Source of the DNA: Paragordius varius
Lineage: Eukaryota; Animalia; Nematomorpha
Direction of reading: 5' to 3'
DNA length: 64,000 bases
Assembly: GCA_964247055.1 (NCBI GenBank)
Contig: OZ176050.1
Coordinates: 5,208,001-5,272,000 of the forward strand
Part shown: in pieces, positions 62,648-64,000 of the stretch
Layout: each line of letters begins with the position of its first letter
Position numbering within the stretch: position 1 is the first letter of the stretch
The notes under the pieces: generated by a model
Told to the model about the DNA's origin: nothing
Database searches by the model: none
What the model saw: the letters and a program-made list of their open reading frames with translations, nothing else
Made by a program: the position numbers and the translations under genes

Positions 62648-64000
62648 TATATATATATATATATATATATATCAACCTTTAAGGGTTTTTTCTCCCAACA
62701 AGGAGGTAACCCTTCGGATAGAATTACGCCATGAGCAACGGTCCTGTGCATCATCCATTTTCAGGTTTAAAATAGCCAGATCGTTTTCCACAATAGAAAG
62801 CCAACTTTGTAATGGACGTCCTTTACGATTTCGCAAACTTGTAGAAAAATTGACCATGCGGTATAGCCAACTTTCATGTGGGCGTCGGTGAACATGTCCC
62901 GCAAATCTCAGTCGATTTGTGCGCAAACAATCGATAAGGGGAGTCATTTGTAGGACAGTATATGGATCAAATTTATTATTGTAATTATAGAGGTTTGGGT
63001 TTGTAGCATAAAGTATAGTTTTTAGAATTCTCCTTTCCGCTTGTTGTAACTTTAGTGAATTAGTTTTGGTTAAAGCCATAGCTTCTGTTGCGTAAATTAG
63101 AACGGGTCGTATGGTGGTGGTGTACATAGTCGATTTGGATTTGAATGAGATGTATTTATTGTTTATGATACTTTTGAGTTGGTGGTATTTTGACCAGGCG
63201 TTTTTTATACGGTTATTGATGGTTGGTTAAAGGCCCCCACCAGCGCTTATAATGTCACCCAAATATGTGAAACTTTGTACTGTTTCAAAAGGTTCTTCAT
63301 TACGTACACTTTGTGGAGGCTTAGTTGGGTTGGGCGTGGTGCAATTGCTGCATATAAAATCGTGATGTAATTTTAGCGATTTCAACTGAGAGCATTTTTT
63401 GTGGACCCATTTTTTACATTTGAGGCATTGGATTGCGTTAGTTTCATATTGAGCAGGGCCATTTAATGGGATTGTATTTATTATTATCGTTCATTAATTT
63501 TGTTTTTGATACATTTACCTTAAGTCCAAACATCTCTAGCCGTTCTTTCCACCTCGCAAGATTTGTCTTTAATTGCACTTCACTGTTTGCCATTAATACC
63601 AAGTCGTCGGCGTAAAGAATGTTGTATGGTAAGCCTTGCTCTAAGGGTTTAGAGATTTCATCCATAATAGTTATAAACAAGAACGGGCTTAAGAGCGAGC
63701 CTTGATGCAGCCCGGAGTTAATTGAGAGTGTGTCGGAGTGCCCTACGCTTGTCGCCACCTGAGCTTTGCACTCGGTATATAATGCCATTATTGATTTAAC
63801 CATCCATTCGTCAATGCCTTTGTTTCGTAGGGCCCATGGGATTAGAGTTCGGGATACCGAATCAAATGCCTTTTCGAGGTCGATAAAGGCATAAAATAAG
63901 GGGCTATTTCGAAGGTGTGCTTGTTGAAGTTGTCTTAAGATGAAAATGGCGTCTGTGGTTCCTTTGTTGGGTAAGAAACCACACTGCATTTCATTTATAT
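62648..64000 (-). mobile_element. RTE-clade non-LTR retrotransposon 3' part (degenerate), with (TA)n tail
   Basis: RT motifs QCGFLPNKGTTDAIF, AFIDLEKAFDSV, GLHQGSLLSPFLF, LYADDLVL, GLKVNVSKTK; thumb FTYLG; C-terminal RLRFAGHVHRR, RKGRP..W typical of RTE; in-frame stop and frameshift between ORFs; stop at 62672 followed directly by a TA microsatellite. Confidence 0.92.

Noticed and set aside
1-64000. tRNA, rRNA or snRNA genes; functional clustering of PGC-1, IYD and CREB3L
   Set aside because: No cloverleaf or rRNA/snRNA signature was recognised by eye; gene adjacency alone gives no evidence of co-regulation.

Overview
Very AT-rich genomic DNA from an animal (species not determinable here). 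Six host genes can be reconstructed by hand: a PGC-1/PPRC1/Spargel-like coactivator (-; DHDYC motif plus C-terminal RRM), an intronless iodotyrosine deiodinase (+), a membrane-tethered CREB3L1/2-CrebA bZIP factor (-; 11 coding exons), a Scratch-type Snail-family zinc-finger gene (+), an hnRNP A/B/D (squid-like) gene (+) and a partial EGF-repeat protein gene (+). Intergenic and intronic DNA is dominated by transposons: a family of non-autonomous Helitrons built from tandem modules, hAT MITEs (including a hAT::Helitron composite that moved as one unit), a decayed Mag-type Ty3/Gypsy LTR element nested inside that composite, a mariner relic, TA-flanked MITEs with 21-bp subterminal repeats, kb-scale foldback elements and a truncated RTE LINE. 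The most striking observation is a set of 23-27 nt GT-AG introns required to restore the conserved hnRNP reading frame, coexisting with kb-long TE-filled introns. No rRNA, tRNA or CRISPR was recognised. All gene models, alignments and counts were done by eye; repeat boundaries without TSDs are approximate.
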